Source of the DNA: a virus
Taxonomy: Duplodnaviria > Caudoviricetes
Strand: one strand, 5' to 3'
Length of the DNA stretch: 26,548 nt
IMG/VR virus record: IMGVR_UViG_3300042195_000197
Location: 1-26,548 of that record
In this document: positions 1 to 8,931 of the stretch, in pieces
Layout: every line of letters begins with the position of its first letter
Numbering within the stretch: the stretch's first letter is position 1
Notes under the pieces: model-generated
Seen by the model: only the letters and a program-made list of their open reading frames with translations
Told to the model about the DNA's origin: nothing
The model's database searches: none
Translations under genes and position numbers: made by a program

Positions 1-65
1 CTCAGCCCTCCTCTCTCTCCCCGGTTACCACCGTTTGTTAATCTCCCTTATCAACCCTTGGTTTG

Positions 66-419
66 ATGTCCGATCTGTCTCGTTTGACGAAGCGTGAGCT
101 TGTGTCCCTGGTCGTTGACCTGCGTGCTGAGCTGTCCGAGCTCGGCGCCCAGTTCGCGGCGTTGTCGTTGGAGGGCGGCCCGATCGTGGCTGCGGTCCGG
201 CTCCGCCTGCTGGAGCTGGCCCCTGGCCCGGAGTGGTCTGTTCCGTCGGTGGTGGCGTTGCGCCTGGCTGACGGCCTGGACTCTGGCGCTGGTGCTTCGC
301 CGGCTGCGGTGGCGAAGGAGCTGGTGGCGATCATGGGTGGCGTGGAGGCGGCTTGTGGTGTTGACGAGTCCGAAGCCGACGACCTCGGAGCCAGGATTCG
401 GCGACTCGCGGCCGTCTGA
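66..419 (+). CDS. terS: Probable terminase small subunit
   Basis: Short helical protein overlapping the start of terL. LRLADGLDSG...AAVAKELVAIM...DDLGARIRRLAAV resembles actinophage TerS. ATG at 66 (TTG at 63 is an alternative). Confidence 0.7.
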   Translation: MSDLSRLTKRELVSLVVDLRAELSELGAQFAALSLEGGPIVAAVRLRLLELAPGPEWSVPSVVALRLADGLDSGAGASPAAVAKELVAIMGGVEAACGVDESEADDLGARIRRLAAV

Positions 420-1896
420 CTGGTCGCCTGAGTGGTGCCCGCCGCCCCGGTGGGGGACTCCCCGGCGCCCGGAGCGCCGCTCGTATGGTGCGGCGGTCGC
501 TGCTGCTGCCGAGGCGTTGGGCACGCCGATGTTCCCGGCGCAGCGCCTGGTGATGGACACGGCGATGGAGATCGACCCGGAGTCCAACACGCTGGCCTAC
601 CGGACGGTGGTCGTGACCGTTCACCGCCAGTTCGGGAAAACCTTGGGTCTGACGTTGCCCCGCATGGTGGCCCGGGCGCAGGTGTGGGCGCGGCAGTCGA
701 TGGTGTACTGCGCTCAGGAGCGGAACCTGGCTCGGGAGAAGTTCGAGGAGGACTTCGTCGAGCGGATCCGCGGGTCGCGCTCGTTCCGGGAGGGCCGTGA
801 CTTCACGGTCCGCCTCTCCAACGGGTCGGAGCGGATCCGCTGGTCGAACGGGTCGATCATCAGGATCTCGGCCACCGAGTCGAAGTCGGGCCACGGCCGC
901 ACCCTGGACGATGCGTCGATCGATGAGGCGTGGGGCCACCGGACGACCGACGTCGATCAGGGGTTCCGGGTGCCGATGATCACCCGGGGGGAGCTCGCCC
1001 GTGCGACCCGGGGCGAGGCGACCCCTGGCCCGCAGTTCTGGATCGTGTCGACGCAGGGTGACGAGCACTCGCACTACCTCATGGAGAAGTGCGAGCTTGG
1101 CCGGACGGCCGTCGAGGCGGGCGAGGACCGGGGGATCGCCTACTTCGAGTGGTCGTGCCATCCCGACTGGGACATCCGTGACCGGTCGTTGTGGTGGTTC
1201 TATCTGCCGGCGCTGGGTCACACGATCAGCGAGGCCGACGTCGCTGCCGAGCAGCTGGCGATGAGCGAGTCGGACTGGCGGCGGGCCTACGGCAACCAGC
1301 CTCAGGACCGGTCGGAGGAGCAGCCGCCGCCGATCGATGTCGAGGTGTGGGCCGGGCTGGTCGATGTGGAGGCGGTGATGGGCGGCCGGATCGTCTACGG
1401 GGTCGAGGTGGCCGAGGACCGGTCGGTGGCATGGATCGGGGCGGCCGGTGACCGGACGACGGGCGGGCTGATGATCGAGGTCGTCGAGTCGCTGCCGGTG
1501 CGGTCGGTGCCTGATCGGCTGGTGGAGTTGATGCGCCACGACGGGGCTGAGGGTGTTGCCCTCGACCCGGGGTCGCCGGCTGGTGCCCTGCTCGACGAGC
1601 TGCTCGGCCTGGGCCTGACGGTCCACAAGCTGGGCCCGGCGGCGCACGCCAGGGCGACGGGCGCGCTGCGCGACCGGATCCCGTCTGGTGAGATCTTCCA
1701 CCTCGCCCAGTCCGACCTGGACGACGCGGTGGAGGTGGCCCGCCTCCGTCCGTCGGGCGAGTCCCAGTGCTGGGACCGGTCGGTGCCCGGGTCGTTGCCG
1801 GTGGTGTGCACCACCCTCGCCCTGGGCGCACTGCTGGGCCTGGGCGAGGTCGAGGAGCGAAGCGTGTACGAGGACCGTGGATTTGTCGAGTGGTGA
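355..1896 (+). CDS. terL: Terminase large subunit
   Basis: Walker A-like VTVHRQFGKT, Walker B ASIDEAW, coupling motif IVSTQG, YFEWS. Start moved from 94 to GTG 355 (358/361 possible) behind GGAGG at 344-348. Confidence 0.93.
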   Translation: MVLTSPKPTTSEPGFGDSRPSDWSPEWCPPPRWGTPRRPERRSYGAAVAAAAEALGTPMFPAQRLVMDTAMEIDPESNTLAYRTVVVTVHRQFGKTLGLTLPRMVARAQVWARQSMVYCAQERNLAREKFEEDFVERIRGSRSFREGRDFTVRLSNGSERIRWSNGSIIRISATESKSGHGRTLDDASIDEAWGHRTTDVDQGFRVPMITRGELARATRGEATPGPQFWIVSTQGDEHSHYLMEKCELGRTAVEAGEDRGIAYFEWSCHPDWDIRDRSLWWFYLPALGHTISEADVAAEQLAMSESDWRRAYGNQPQDRSEEQPPPIDVEVWAGLVDVEAVMGGRIVYGVEVAEDRSVAWIGAAGDRTTGGLMIEVVESLPVRSVPDRLVELMRHDGAEGVALDPGSPAGALLDELLGLGLTVHKLGPAAHARATGALRDRIPSGEIFHLAQSDLDDAVEVARLRPSGESQCWDRSVPGSLPVVCTTLALGALLGLGEVEERSVYEDRGFVEW

Positions 1897-1906
1897 GAGG
1901 AGCCTG

Positions 1907-2164
1907 TTGTTCGATCGTTCGCCGCCTGCGCCGCTGGTGCGTGACCTGCTGGTCCGTCAGCGGGTGCTGGTGACGCTCACCACCCAGCAGGGGTTCGCCG
2001 GCGTGGCCTGGCAGTCCGACGCCACCGGTGTGCTGCTCATCGCTGCTGCTGGTGAGCCGGTGACGTTCGTCGACGCCGACGGTGGTGAGGGCTCCCCGGT
2101 CGATGGCCGGGTGTGGGTCCCGGCCGAGCGGATCCTGTTCGTGCAGCTGGTGGAGGGCGGCTGA
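1907..2164 (+). CDS. Small phage protein between terminase and portal, possible Sm/LSm-like beta-barrel
   Basis: GAGGAG at 1897-1902, TTG at 1907, stop overlaps the portal ATG (TGATG). Pattern RVLVTLTTQQGFAGVAWQSDATGVLL...DGRVWVPAERILFVQ. Confidence 0.7.
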   Translation: MFDRSPPAPLVRDLLVRQRVLVTLTTQQGFAGVAWQSDATGVLLIAAAGEPVTFVDADGGEGSPVDGRVWVPAERILFVQLVEGG

Positions 2165-3777
2165 TGCCGATCGTGTCGGGGGCCCGCACGAGGGCGACAA
2201 TGACGACGACGGTCGAGGCCTACCGCTCGCCGTTCTCCTACGACGGTCCCGGCCAGCACCCGCTCGCCCCGTTCCTCAACGCGGTCGCCTATGACCAGAT
2301 TTTCGAGCGGCAGCTGTGGCCGAGCGTGGCGATCAGCAAGCTGCTGGGCTTGGCGGTCATCCTGCCCCGCAAGGTGTACCGCCGCCAGACCATGGGCCGC
2401 ATCGACGCCCGCGACTCGCCGTACGGGCAACTGATCGGCCGCCCGTCCGACACCCACAACCCCCAGCACTTCTGGGGCTGGTTCTTCCTGAACCACCTTG
2501 TGCACGGCCGTGCGTTCGCCCGCAAGCATCGCGACCGCGGCGGCCGCCCGGTGCGCCTGTCGCTGATCCATCCGACGAGGGTGCGGTACGGGCCTGAGGG
2601 TGGCGGCCAGTTCACCCCGGAGGGGTTCGGGATCCCGACCGGCGACAACCGCTGGTGGATCATGGGCGACGACGGCCAGGAGCGGGAGATTCCTCGCCGG
2701 GAGATGCTGGTGTGGCTGAACTGGTCGCCCCGTCACCCGTCGCTCGGCATGTCCCGCCTGGAGCCGTTGCGGGACACCCTGGAGAACGAGTCAGCCGCCA
2801 GGGTGGCGAACAAGGCGATGTGGCACAACGGCGGTAAGCCGGCGTTCACCCTCACACACCCGGGCAAGTGGGGCAACAACCCGGCCGCGAGCCTGCGTCT
2901 CGCGGAGCAGTTCAAGGACCGCCACGGCGGGGTCGAGCAGTGGGGCAAGCCCCTGGTCCTCGAGGAGGGCATGGAGGCCAAGCCCCTCCAGTTCGACAAG
3001 GACCTCGCCTACATCGATGTCCGCCGCCTCAACCGGGAGGAGGTCGCCGCCGCCTACGACATCCCCCCGCCCGCCATCCAGATCCTGGACAGAGCCACTT
3101 TTTCAAATGTGCGTGAGCAGAACCGCATGGTGTACGGCCAGACCATGCCCCCGCTGTTGACGGGGTTCGAGGCTGCCCTCGACTTCGACCTGCGAGACGG
3201 GAGCTTCGGCGACGGGCCCCCCGACTTCGGGGATGCGTTCTACGCCGAGCTGCTCGTCGATGGTGTGCTGCGCGGCAACTTCGAGGACCGGGTGCTCGCG
3301 TACGCCCGGATGATCCAGACCGGTCAGGCGACGATCGCCGAGGTGCGGGAGCTGGAGAACCGCCGCCACATTCCCGGCACCGACCGTCTGCTGGTCAACG
3401 GGGCGATCGTCCCCCTCGAGCAGGCCGGCCAGCAGCAGCAGTCCTCCGGCGGGTCGGGCGAGAACCCGGCCGAGGGCGACTCGGGCGACGACGACGACCC
3501 CGACACGTCCCCCATGGACCGTCTCGACCGGATCGCCCCGATGGGCTCCCACGCCGAGCTGGTCCCCATGACCGCACCCCTCGACGATGCTGCCCGCTCG
3601 ACGGTCATGGGCCGCCTCAGCCGGCCCCGATCGCTCGACGAGATCGACATGGACCGCCTCGTCGAAGACCTCGACGACGAAGCGGCGGCCGCGGTGCGGG
3701 GCGCGGTGGCGATCGCCACCTACGGGGGTTGCTCGGTTGCCGAGCTCCGCCAGATCATCAAGGAGATCGGACTATGA
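2164..3777 (+). CDS. HK97-family portal protein with C-terminal extension
   Basis: LVHGRAF, LIHPTRV, LGMSRLEPL, GKPLVLEEGMEAKPL, EVAAAYDIPP, TFSNVREQ and TIAEVRELEN are HK97 portal motifs. ATG 2164 is coupled to the upstream stop. Confidence 0.95.
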   Translation: MPIVSGARTRATMTTTVEAYRSPFSYDGPGQHPLAPFLNAVAYDQIFERQLWPSVAISKLLGLAVILPRKVYRRQTMGRIDARDSPYGQLIGRPSDTHNPQHFWGWFFLNHLVHGRAFARKHRDRGGRPVRLSLIHPTRVRYGPEGGGQFTPEGFGIPTGDNRWWIMGDDGQEREIPRREMLVWLNWSPRHPSLGMSRLEPLRDTLENESAARVANKAMWHNGGKPAFTLTHPGKWGNNPAASLRLAEQFKDRHGGVEQWGKPLVLEEGMEAKPLQFDKDLAYIDVRRLNREEVAAAYDIPPPAIQILDRATFSNVREQNRMVYGQTMPPLLTGFEAALDFDLRDGSFGDGPPDFGDAFYAELLVDGVLRGNFEDRVLAYARMIQTGQATIAEVRELENRRHIPGTDRLLVNGAIVPLEQAGQQQQSSGGSGENPAEGDSGDDDDPDTSPMDRLDRIAPMGSHAELVPMTAPLDDAARSTVMGRLSRPRSLDEIDMDRLVEDLDDEAAAAVRGAVAIATYGGCSVAELRQIIKEIGL

Positions 3778-4649
3778 ACACCCGCCTTGCCGCCATCGCC
3801 GCTTTCGGTCGTGACGCTGCCCTCGTCGAGCGTGCCCGTGGCCGCATGGTCGCCGCCCGGGCCGAGGCCGGCCTGCCGGTCGGTGTCGGATGGTACGACG
3901 TCCGCAACGAGGCCGGCGACGGCGTGCCGGAGGTTCTGATCTACGGCGCGATCGGCGGGTTCTGGCCGGGCGACATCATCCCGTTCGAGTTCGCTGCCGA
4001 GCTGAAGGCGATCGACGCCCCGGAGATCCGGGTGAAGATCGACTCGCCCGGCGGGTTCGTGTTCGACGGGGTCACCGTCTACAACCTGTTGCGCGACCAC
4101 CCCGCCCGGATCCATGTCGTGGTCGACGGGATGGCCGCGTCGGCTGCGAGCTTCGTGGCCCAGGCCGGTGACCAGCGCACCATGAATCGGGCGTCAGAGA
4201 TGATGATCCACGACGCTTGGGGCCTGGCGATCGGCAACGCCGAGGAGATGCGGGAGATGGCCGACTTCCTCGACCGCCAGACCCTCAAGATTGCCGGGAT
4301 CTACGCTGCCCGTTCCGGCCGGCCCGTTGACGGGTGGCTGGAAGCGATGTCGACCGAGACGTGGTACTTCGCCGACGAAGCGGTCGCTGCGGGCCTGGCC
4401 GACGACGCGATCAGCGACGACGACGCCGAGCCCTCCGGGGGCGCCGAGGACCGCACGACCACCGAGGTGGCCGAGGCCCTGTACCGGGGCCGCGACACCG
4501 CATCCGATGTAGAGATCTCCACCGACACCGCCCCCGAGGCTCCCGAGCCCCCGGCCGCCGATGAGGCCGCCCGGGACACGGCAGCCAGGCAGCGCCGGCA
4601 CGCGGTGGCCCAAGCCGAGGCCGCGCTGGCCTTGGCGTCCACCACCTGA
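3774..4649 (+). CDS. ClpP-like prohead maturation protease
   Basis: IDSPGGFVFDG, VDGMAASAAS (catalytic Ser), MMIHDAW (His), ETWYFADEAVAAGLAD. ATGA overlap with the portal stop. Confidence 0.93.
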   Translation: MNTRLAAIAAFGRDAALVERARGRMVAARAEAGLPVGVGWYDVRNEAGDGVPEVLIYGAIGGFWPGDIIPFEFAAELKAIDAPEIRVKIDSPGGFVFDGVTVYNLLRDHPARIHVVVDGMAASAASFVAQAGDQRTMNRASEMMIHDAWGLAIGNAEEMREMADFLDRQTLKIAGIYAARSGRPVDGWLEAMSTETWYFADEAVAAGLADDAISDDDAEPSGGAEDRTTTEVAEALYRGRDTASDVEISTDTAPEAPEPPAADEAARDTAARQRRHAVAQAEAALALASTT

Positions 4650-4664
4650 GAAAGAAGACTCCCC

Positions 4665-6113
4665 ATGTCCAACACCACTGCCCGCCAGCGTCTGGCGGCC
4701 CTCCTCGACGCGGACCCCGCCTTCTCGGCGACCCTGCGGATGGAGGCCACCGGCGTCACCGCCCGCGAGCGCCTGGAGGATGCCGTCAAGGCCGCCCGGG
4801 CCGCCGAGCGTGTCGTCGTCGAGAAGGGCGCTGCCGCCTCCGACGAGGACCACGCCAACCTGGAGACCGCGGTCGACCAGATGATGCGGGCGACGGCTGC
4901 GTTCGCTGCCGCCAACGCGATCGGCGATGCTGGCGCCCAGCTCGACAACCTCGGCGAGACCCTGCCCGACGGCCGCACCTACGACGACCTGGCTTCGGCC
5001 AGCGGGATCGTCAACCCCAACCGGAGCCCGGGCATGACCCTCGGCGAGGCCTTCACCCAGTCGCCCGCCTACCGGGACCTGCTCGCAACCCACCGCCGCT
5101 CCGACGGGACCCTCAGCCAGGGGATCGGCAAGTCGGGCGCGTTCGACATCGCCGTGTCGTTGCAGCACCTGGTCGACGGGAACACCCGCTACGCCCTGGA
5201 CACCCTCGTCACCGGCGAGTCGGACTCCTCAGCCGGCGCGATCGTGGCCCAGCCCACCCGGGTGCCCGGCATCTCGGACCTGGCCCCCCTGCGGATGCCC
5301 CGCATCCTGCAGCTCATGACCCGCATCCCGGTCACCACCGACGCGTTCGAGTGGCTGCAGATCGCCACGAAGACGAACGCCGCGGCCCCGGTGGCTGAGG
5401 CGACGACCGCGGTGGCCGAGTCGATCGACGGTGTCAAGCCCGAGTCGGCGATCACGTTCACCAGCGTGACGAAGGTGGTCGAGACGATCGCCCACCACAT
5501 CCCCGTCACCCGCCGGGCCGCGGCCGACGCTCCGCAGCTCATGCAGATCCTGAACGTGTTCCTGTTCGCCGGTCTCGCCGTCGAGATCGAGGATCAGGTG
5601 CTCACCGGGAACGGCACCAGCCCTCAGCTGCAGGGTCTGATCAACACGACCGCGCCGTGGAACATCCTCACGTTCGACCTGGCCGACAACGGTGCCCCGT
5701 CCCGGCTCGACGCGATCGCCCTGGCGGCCGGCGCGATCTACGACGAGCGGCTCGGCACCAGCTGGCCGAACGCGATCCTCATCCACCCGCTCGACTGGTT
5801 CAGCGAGGACTTCGCCCTGGCCAAGGACGACTTCGGCCGGTACCACGGGCCCGGGCCGTGGCAGCAGCTGCAGATGCTGTCCCCGTGGGGGTTCCAGCCG
5901 GTCGTCACCCACGCCGTCGATCAGGGCACCCAGGTGCTGGGCGACTGGACGCAGGCCCTGTGGGCCGACCGTCAGCAGGCGTCGCTGTACATGACCGACA
6001 GCCACGCGGCCGAGTTCACCTCGAACATCTTGCGGGTCCTGGTCGAGGCCCGGCTGAGCTTCGGTGTCCGCATCCCCGAGGCGTTCATCCAGATCTTCGA
6101 CGGCGGCAGCTGA
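4665..6113 (+). CDS. HK97-fold major capsid protein
   Basis: N-terminal helical delta-like region, then AAAPVAE, KPESAITF, VETIAHHIPVT, EDQVLTGNG, AILIHPLDW, VLGDW, FTSNILRVLVEARLSFGVRIPEAF. Ends in DGGS. Confidence 0.95.
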   Translation: MSNTTARQRLAALLDADPAFSATLRMEATGVTARERLEDAVKAARAAERVVVEKGAAASDEDHANLETAVDQMMRATAAFAAANAIGDAGAQLDNLGETLPDGRTYDDLASASGIVNPNRSPGMTLGEAFTQSPAYRDLLATHRRSDGTLSQGIGKSGAFDIAVSLQHLVDGNTRYALDTLVTGESDSSAGAIVAQPTRVPGISDLAPLRMPRILQLMTRIPVTTDAFEWLQIATKTNAAAPVAEATTAVAESIDGVKPESAITFTSVTKVVETIAHHIPVTRRAAADAPQLMQILNVFLFAGLAVEIEDQVLTGNGTSPQLQGLINTTAPWNILTFDLADNGAPSRLDAIALAAGAIYDERLGTSWPNAILIHPLDWFSEDFALAKDDFGRYHGPGPWQQLQMLSPWGFQPVVTHAVDQGTQVLGDWTQALWADRQQASLYMTDSHAAEFTSNILRVLVEARLSFGVRIPEAFIQIFDGGS

Positions 6114-6122
6114 CGGAGACCG

Positions 6123-6761
6123 GTGGCGATCCCCCGAGTCATCCATCAGATCTGGATTGGGGGATCGCTCCCCGAGCGGTACCGGCCGTGGGTGGAGTCC
6201 TGGCGGCGACTCCACCCCGGTTGGGATCATGTCCTGTGGGGCGACGACGACCTCGGCTGGCTCCGCAACCGGGCACTGTACGACGCTGCGCCCGCGGTCG
6301 TCCCGCCCGACGCGGTGGGTCAGCTCCGGGCCGACATCGCCCGCTACGAGATCCTCGACCGCCATGGCGGCTTCTACGCCGACGCCGACACCGAGTGCCG
6401 GCGCCCGGTCGACGACGCCCTCGCCGGGCACGACGCGTTCGCCGTGGCCGAGGACCCGTCATGGGTCGGCAACACGTACCTGGCGACGGTCCGCGGCCAC
6501 CAGGTGCTCTCCGACCTGATCGTCGGGATCGAGGCGAGCATCATCATCAACCGTGGCCGGCGCCCGAACTGGATGACCGGCCCCCGCTACCTGACCTCGG
6601 CCTGGCGGCGCCACGGCTGCCACGTCGACCCGACCGAGAGGTGGTTCCCGTACTCCTATCGCGACGTCAAGGCCGGCACCGTCCCTACAACGTTCGCGGA
6701 CGACGTCGTGGCTGTGCATCACTGGGGGCACACACGGGACGTGCTGGCGGCCCGCCGGTGA
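6123..6761 (+). CDS. Glycosyltransferase, DXD-motif GT32/OCH1-like
   Basis: IPRVIHQIWIG, SWRRLHPGWDHVLW, ADIARYEILDRHGGFYADAD (DXD), TGPRYLT, VAVHHW. Confidence 0.9.
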   Translation: MAIPRVIHQIWIGGSLPERYRPWVESWRRLHPGWDHVLWGDDDLGWLRNRALYDAAPAVVPPDAVGQLRADIARYEILDRHGGFYADADTECRRPVDDALAGHDAFAVAEDPSWVGNTYLATVRGHQVLSDLIVGIEASIIINRGRRPNWMTGPRYLTSAWRRHGCHVDPTERWFPYSYRDVKAGTVPTTFADDVVAVHHWGHTRDVLAARR

Positions 6762-7342
6762 CCGACCTGATGGGGGTGCCCGGCCTCATCTCGGTCGAAG
6801 CCGGACGTGTCCTCCGGGAGCTGGCCGGTCGGGTCCCGTCTCACCTGGCGATCGTCGAGCTCGGCTCGTACCGGGGTCGTTCCACCGCTTACCTGGCGTC
6901 CGGTGCCCGGCGCCCTGAGGGTGTCGAGCGGGCGCCGGTGTACGCCGTTGACGCCTGGTCGCCTGATGTGGATGCCTGGTCCAGGGAGATCGCCCCGGCC
7001 ACCATCGACGAGTTCAGGTCCAACCTGGCCTCGGTCGGCCTCGGGAGCCACGCCATACCGGTCCAGGGTCTGACGACCGACGCCGGCCGGAGCTACACCG
7101 GCCCGCCGGTCGGGCTGCTATTCATCGACGCCGACCACACCTGCACGGCGGCCCTGGCCGACTTCGCTGCCTGGCGGGATCACCTCGCCGTCGGTGCGCA
7201 CGTGGTGTGGGACGACTTCGGGACCCGGAACAATCCCGGTGTCGGTGCGGCCGTGGCCGAGCTGCTACACGGCCGCCGTCTGCGTCTCGTCGATGTCGCC
7301 GCCGACCGGTTGGCGATATGCCAGTGGCGGGGTTCCACGTGA
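6758..7342 (+). CDS. Class I SAM-dependent O-methyltransferase (Methyltransf_24-like)
   Basis: IVELGSYRGRST, VYAVDAW, LLFIDADH, VVWDDF, PGVGAAV. True start GTG 6758 (GTGA overlap); the upstream part of the 5657 ORF is a shadow frame. Confidence 0.88.
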   Translation: MTDLMGVPGLISVEAGRVLRELAGRVPSHLAIVELGSYRGRSTAYLASGARRPEGVERAPVYAVDAWSPDVDAWSREIAPATIDEFRSNLASVGLGSHAIPVQGLTTDAGRSYTGPPVGLLFIDADHTCTAALADFAAWRDHLAVGAHVVWDDFGTRNNPGVGAAVAELLHGRRLRLVDVAADRLAICQWRGST

Positions 7343-7911
7343 AACCGTACGCCCCGGCCGTCTACTGGGATCGCCGCTACCGGGAGGGCCGCACGTCCGG
7401 CGCCGGCTCGGAGGGTGCTGCCGCCCAGGCGAAGGCCGACTGGCTGAACGCCTTGTTTGCTCGGGAGAAGATAGCCAGCGTCATCGACTGGGGATGCGGC
7501 GACGGGACCGTCCTCGCCCTCCTCGACCTCGACCCGACCTACGCCGGGGTTGACGTGTCGTCGACGATCCTGGACCGCAACCGGGCACGCTGGCCCGAGC
7601 ACCGCTGGATGTGCGAAGGCGGCAGCGGGCTCTCGTTCGCCGACGTTCCCGCTGAGCTGGCGGTCAGCTCTGACGTGATCCTCCACCTGGTCGACGACGC
7701 CGACTACGACCGCCACCTGGCCCAGGTGTTCGGCTCGTCCGACCGGTTCGTCGCGATCCACGGCACCGACCATGACGGCGGCCGGACCGCCCGCCATGTC
7801 CGCTGGCGGCACTGGACTCCCGACGTCGCCGACCGGTTCCCCGAGTGGCGTCTCATCGAGGAGCCCGCGTGGGCGCCTCAGGTGCCGGGCTGGTGGCTGT
7901 ACCAGTGGTGA
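7339..7911 (+). CDS. Class I SAM-dependent methyltransferase
   Basis: YWDRRY...SGAGS, SVIDWGCGDG (SAM motif I), YAGVDVS, SSDVILHLVDD. GTG 7339 overlaps the upstream TGA. Confidence 0.85.
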   Translation: MKPYAPAVYWDRRYREGRTSGAGSEGAAAQAKADWLNALFAREKIASVIDWGCGDGTVLALLDLDPTYAGVDVSSTILDRNRARWPEHRWMCEGGSGLSFADVPAELAVSSDVILHLVDDADYDRHLAQVFGSSDRFVAIHGTDHDGGRTARHVRWRHWTPDVADRFPEWRLIEEPAWAPQVPGWWLYQW

Positions 7912-8723
7912 AGCTCGGCGTGGCGATCATGGCCCACCCGAAACGCTCCGGGCTCGTCGCCGATCTCGTCGAGGCGCTCGACCGCCCCGTAGAAGTCGTG
8001 TGGGACCGCCGTCATGACCGTTGGGACACGGGGCGGCGGGCCTGGGAGGCGCACGACCCCGACGCCACCCACTGGCTGGTCCTCCAGGACGACGCCCTCG
8101 TCTGCCGGGACCTGATCGCCGGGCTCACTGCCGCCATCGAACACGTGCCTGACGAGTGCATCGTGTCGCCCTACGTCGGTACCCGCCGCCCCCTCGCCGA
8201 CCGGGTCGAGGCCGCCGTCGTCGAGGCTGGCGAGGTCGGGGCGGCGTGGATCGTGATGCAGGCCCTGAACTGGGGTGTCGGGATCCTGGCCCCGACTTGG
8301 ACGATCCCCGAGATGCTCGAATGGTGCGACACCGAGCCCTACCCGATGTATGACCGCCGGGTCGGCCGCTACTACCTCCGGGTCCTGCACTGGCACACGT
8401 GGTGCACGTGGCCATCACTGATCGACCACCACGGCGGCGGCGACGACAGCCTGATCGGCAACGGCGGCGGCCGCCACGCCCACCACTGGGTCGGCCCCGA
8501 CGCGTCAGCGGCCGACATCGACTGGGCGGGCCCGGTGGTTCGCATGCCGTATGACCGGCGCCGCGCCCCGCTGCCCAAGTTCTCATCCCCGCTGATCTCG
8601 GCCTGGTTCCACGTTCAGACGGGCCGACGGCGACTGGTCCGGGTCGGCTCGACCATGGACGCTCGCTTGGCCGCTGATCCCGTCTGGTCCAGATCCCCCA
8701 TCAAGGAGGCAGCCCATGCCTGA
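7908..8723 (+). CDS. Probable GT-A fold glycosyltransferase
   Basis: VAIMAHPKR, THWLVLQDDALVC, late WPSLIDH motif, typical of actinophage glycosyltransferases. GTG 7908 overlaps the upstream TGA. Confidence 0.75.
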   Translation: MKLGVAIMAHPKRSGLVADLVEALDRPVEVVWDRRHDRWDTGRRAWEAHDPDATHWLVLQDDALVCRDLIAGLTAAIEHVPDECIVSPYVGTRRPLADRVEAAVVEAGEVGAAWIVMQALNWGVGILAPTWTIPEMLEWCDTEPYPMYDRRVGRYYLRVLHWHTWCTWPSLIDHHGGGDDSLIGNGGGRHAHHWVGPDASAADIDWAGPVVRMPYDRRRAPLPKFSSPLISAWFHVQTGRRRLVRVGSTMDARLAADPVWSRSPIKEAAHA

Positions 8724-8931
8724 GACCGAGACCGAGACCCGTCAACCGATCGTCGTCGTCCCCATGCTGGAGGCGATGCGCCGCCGCGGGATCGGTCGTG
8801 GCGGCCGCCTCGGCGCCGGCGCCAAACCGAAGGCGGTCGTCATGACCCAGCTCCAACGCCAGGCCCGCAGCGAGGCGGCCGCCAAGGCGGCCCGCAAGCG
8901 TCCCGGCCCGAAGCCGAAGGCCGCTGAGTGA
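8716..8931 (+). CDS. Small basic phage protein
   Basis: AAGGAGG RBS upstream; 71 aa, Arg/Lys-rich; coupled to the next gene by GTGA. Confidence 0.7.
   Translation: MPETETETRQPIVVVPMLEAMRRRGIGRGGRLGAGAKPKAVVMTQLQRQARSEAAAKAARKRPGPKPKAAE

Noticed and set aside
94-354. N-terminal extension of the 600-aa terminase ORF
   Set aside because: Overlaps terS in another frame, has Trp/Arg/Cys-rich shadow composition, and a good RBS lies at 344-348.
5657-6757. 561-aa ORF suggesting a long methyltransferase fusion
   Set aside because: The upstream part is an Arg/Pro-rich alternate frame over the capsid and GT genes; the real start is the coupled GTG at 6758.
6758-7911. Methyltransferases as DNA methylases/anti-restriction enzymes
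   Set aside because: No DPPY/NPPY or PC catalytic motifs; they resemble small-molecule/sugar methyltransferases and sit between glycosyltransferases.
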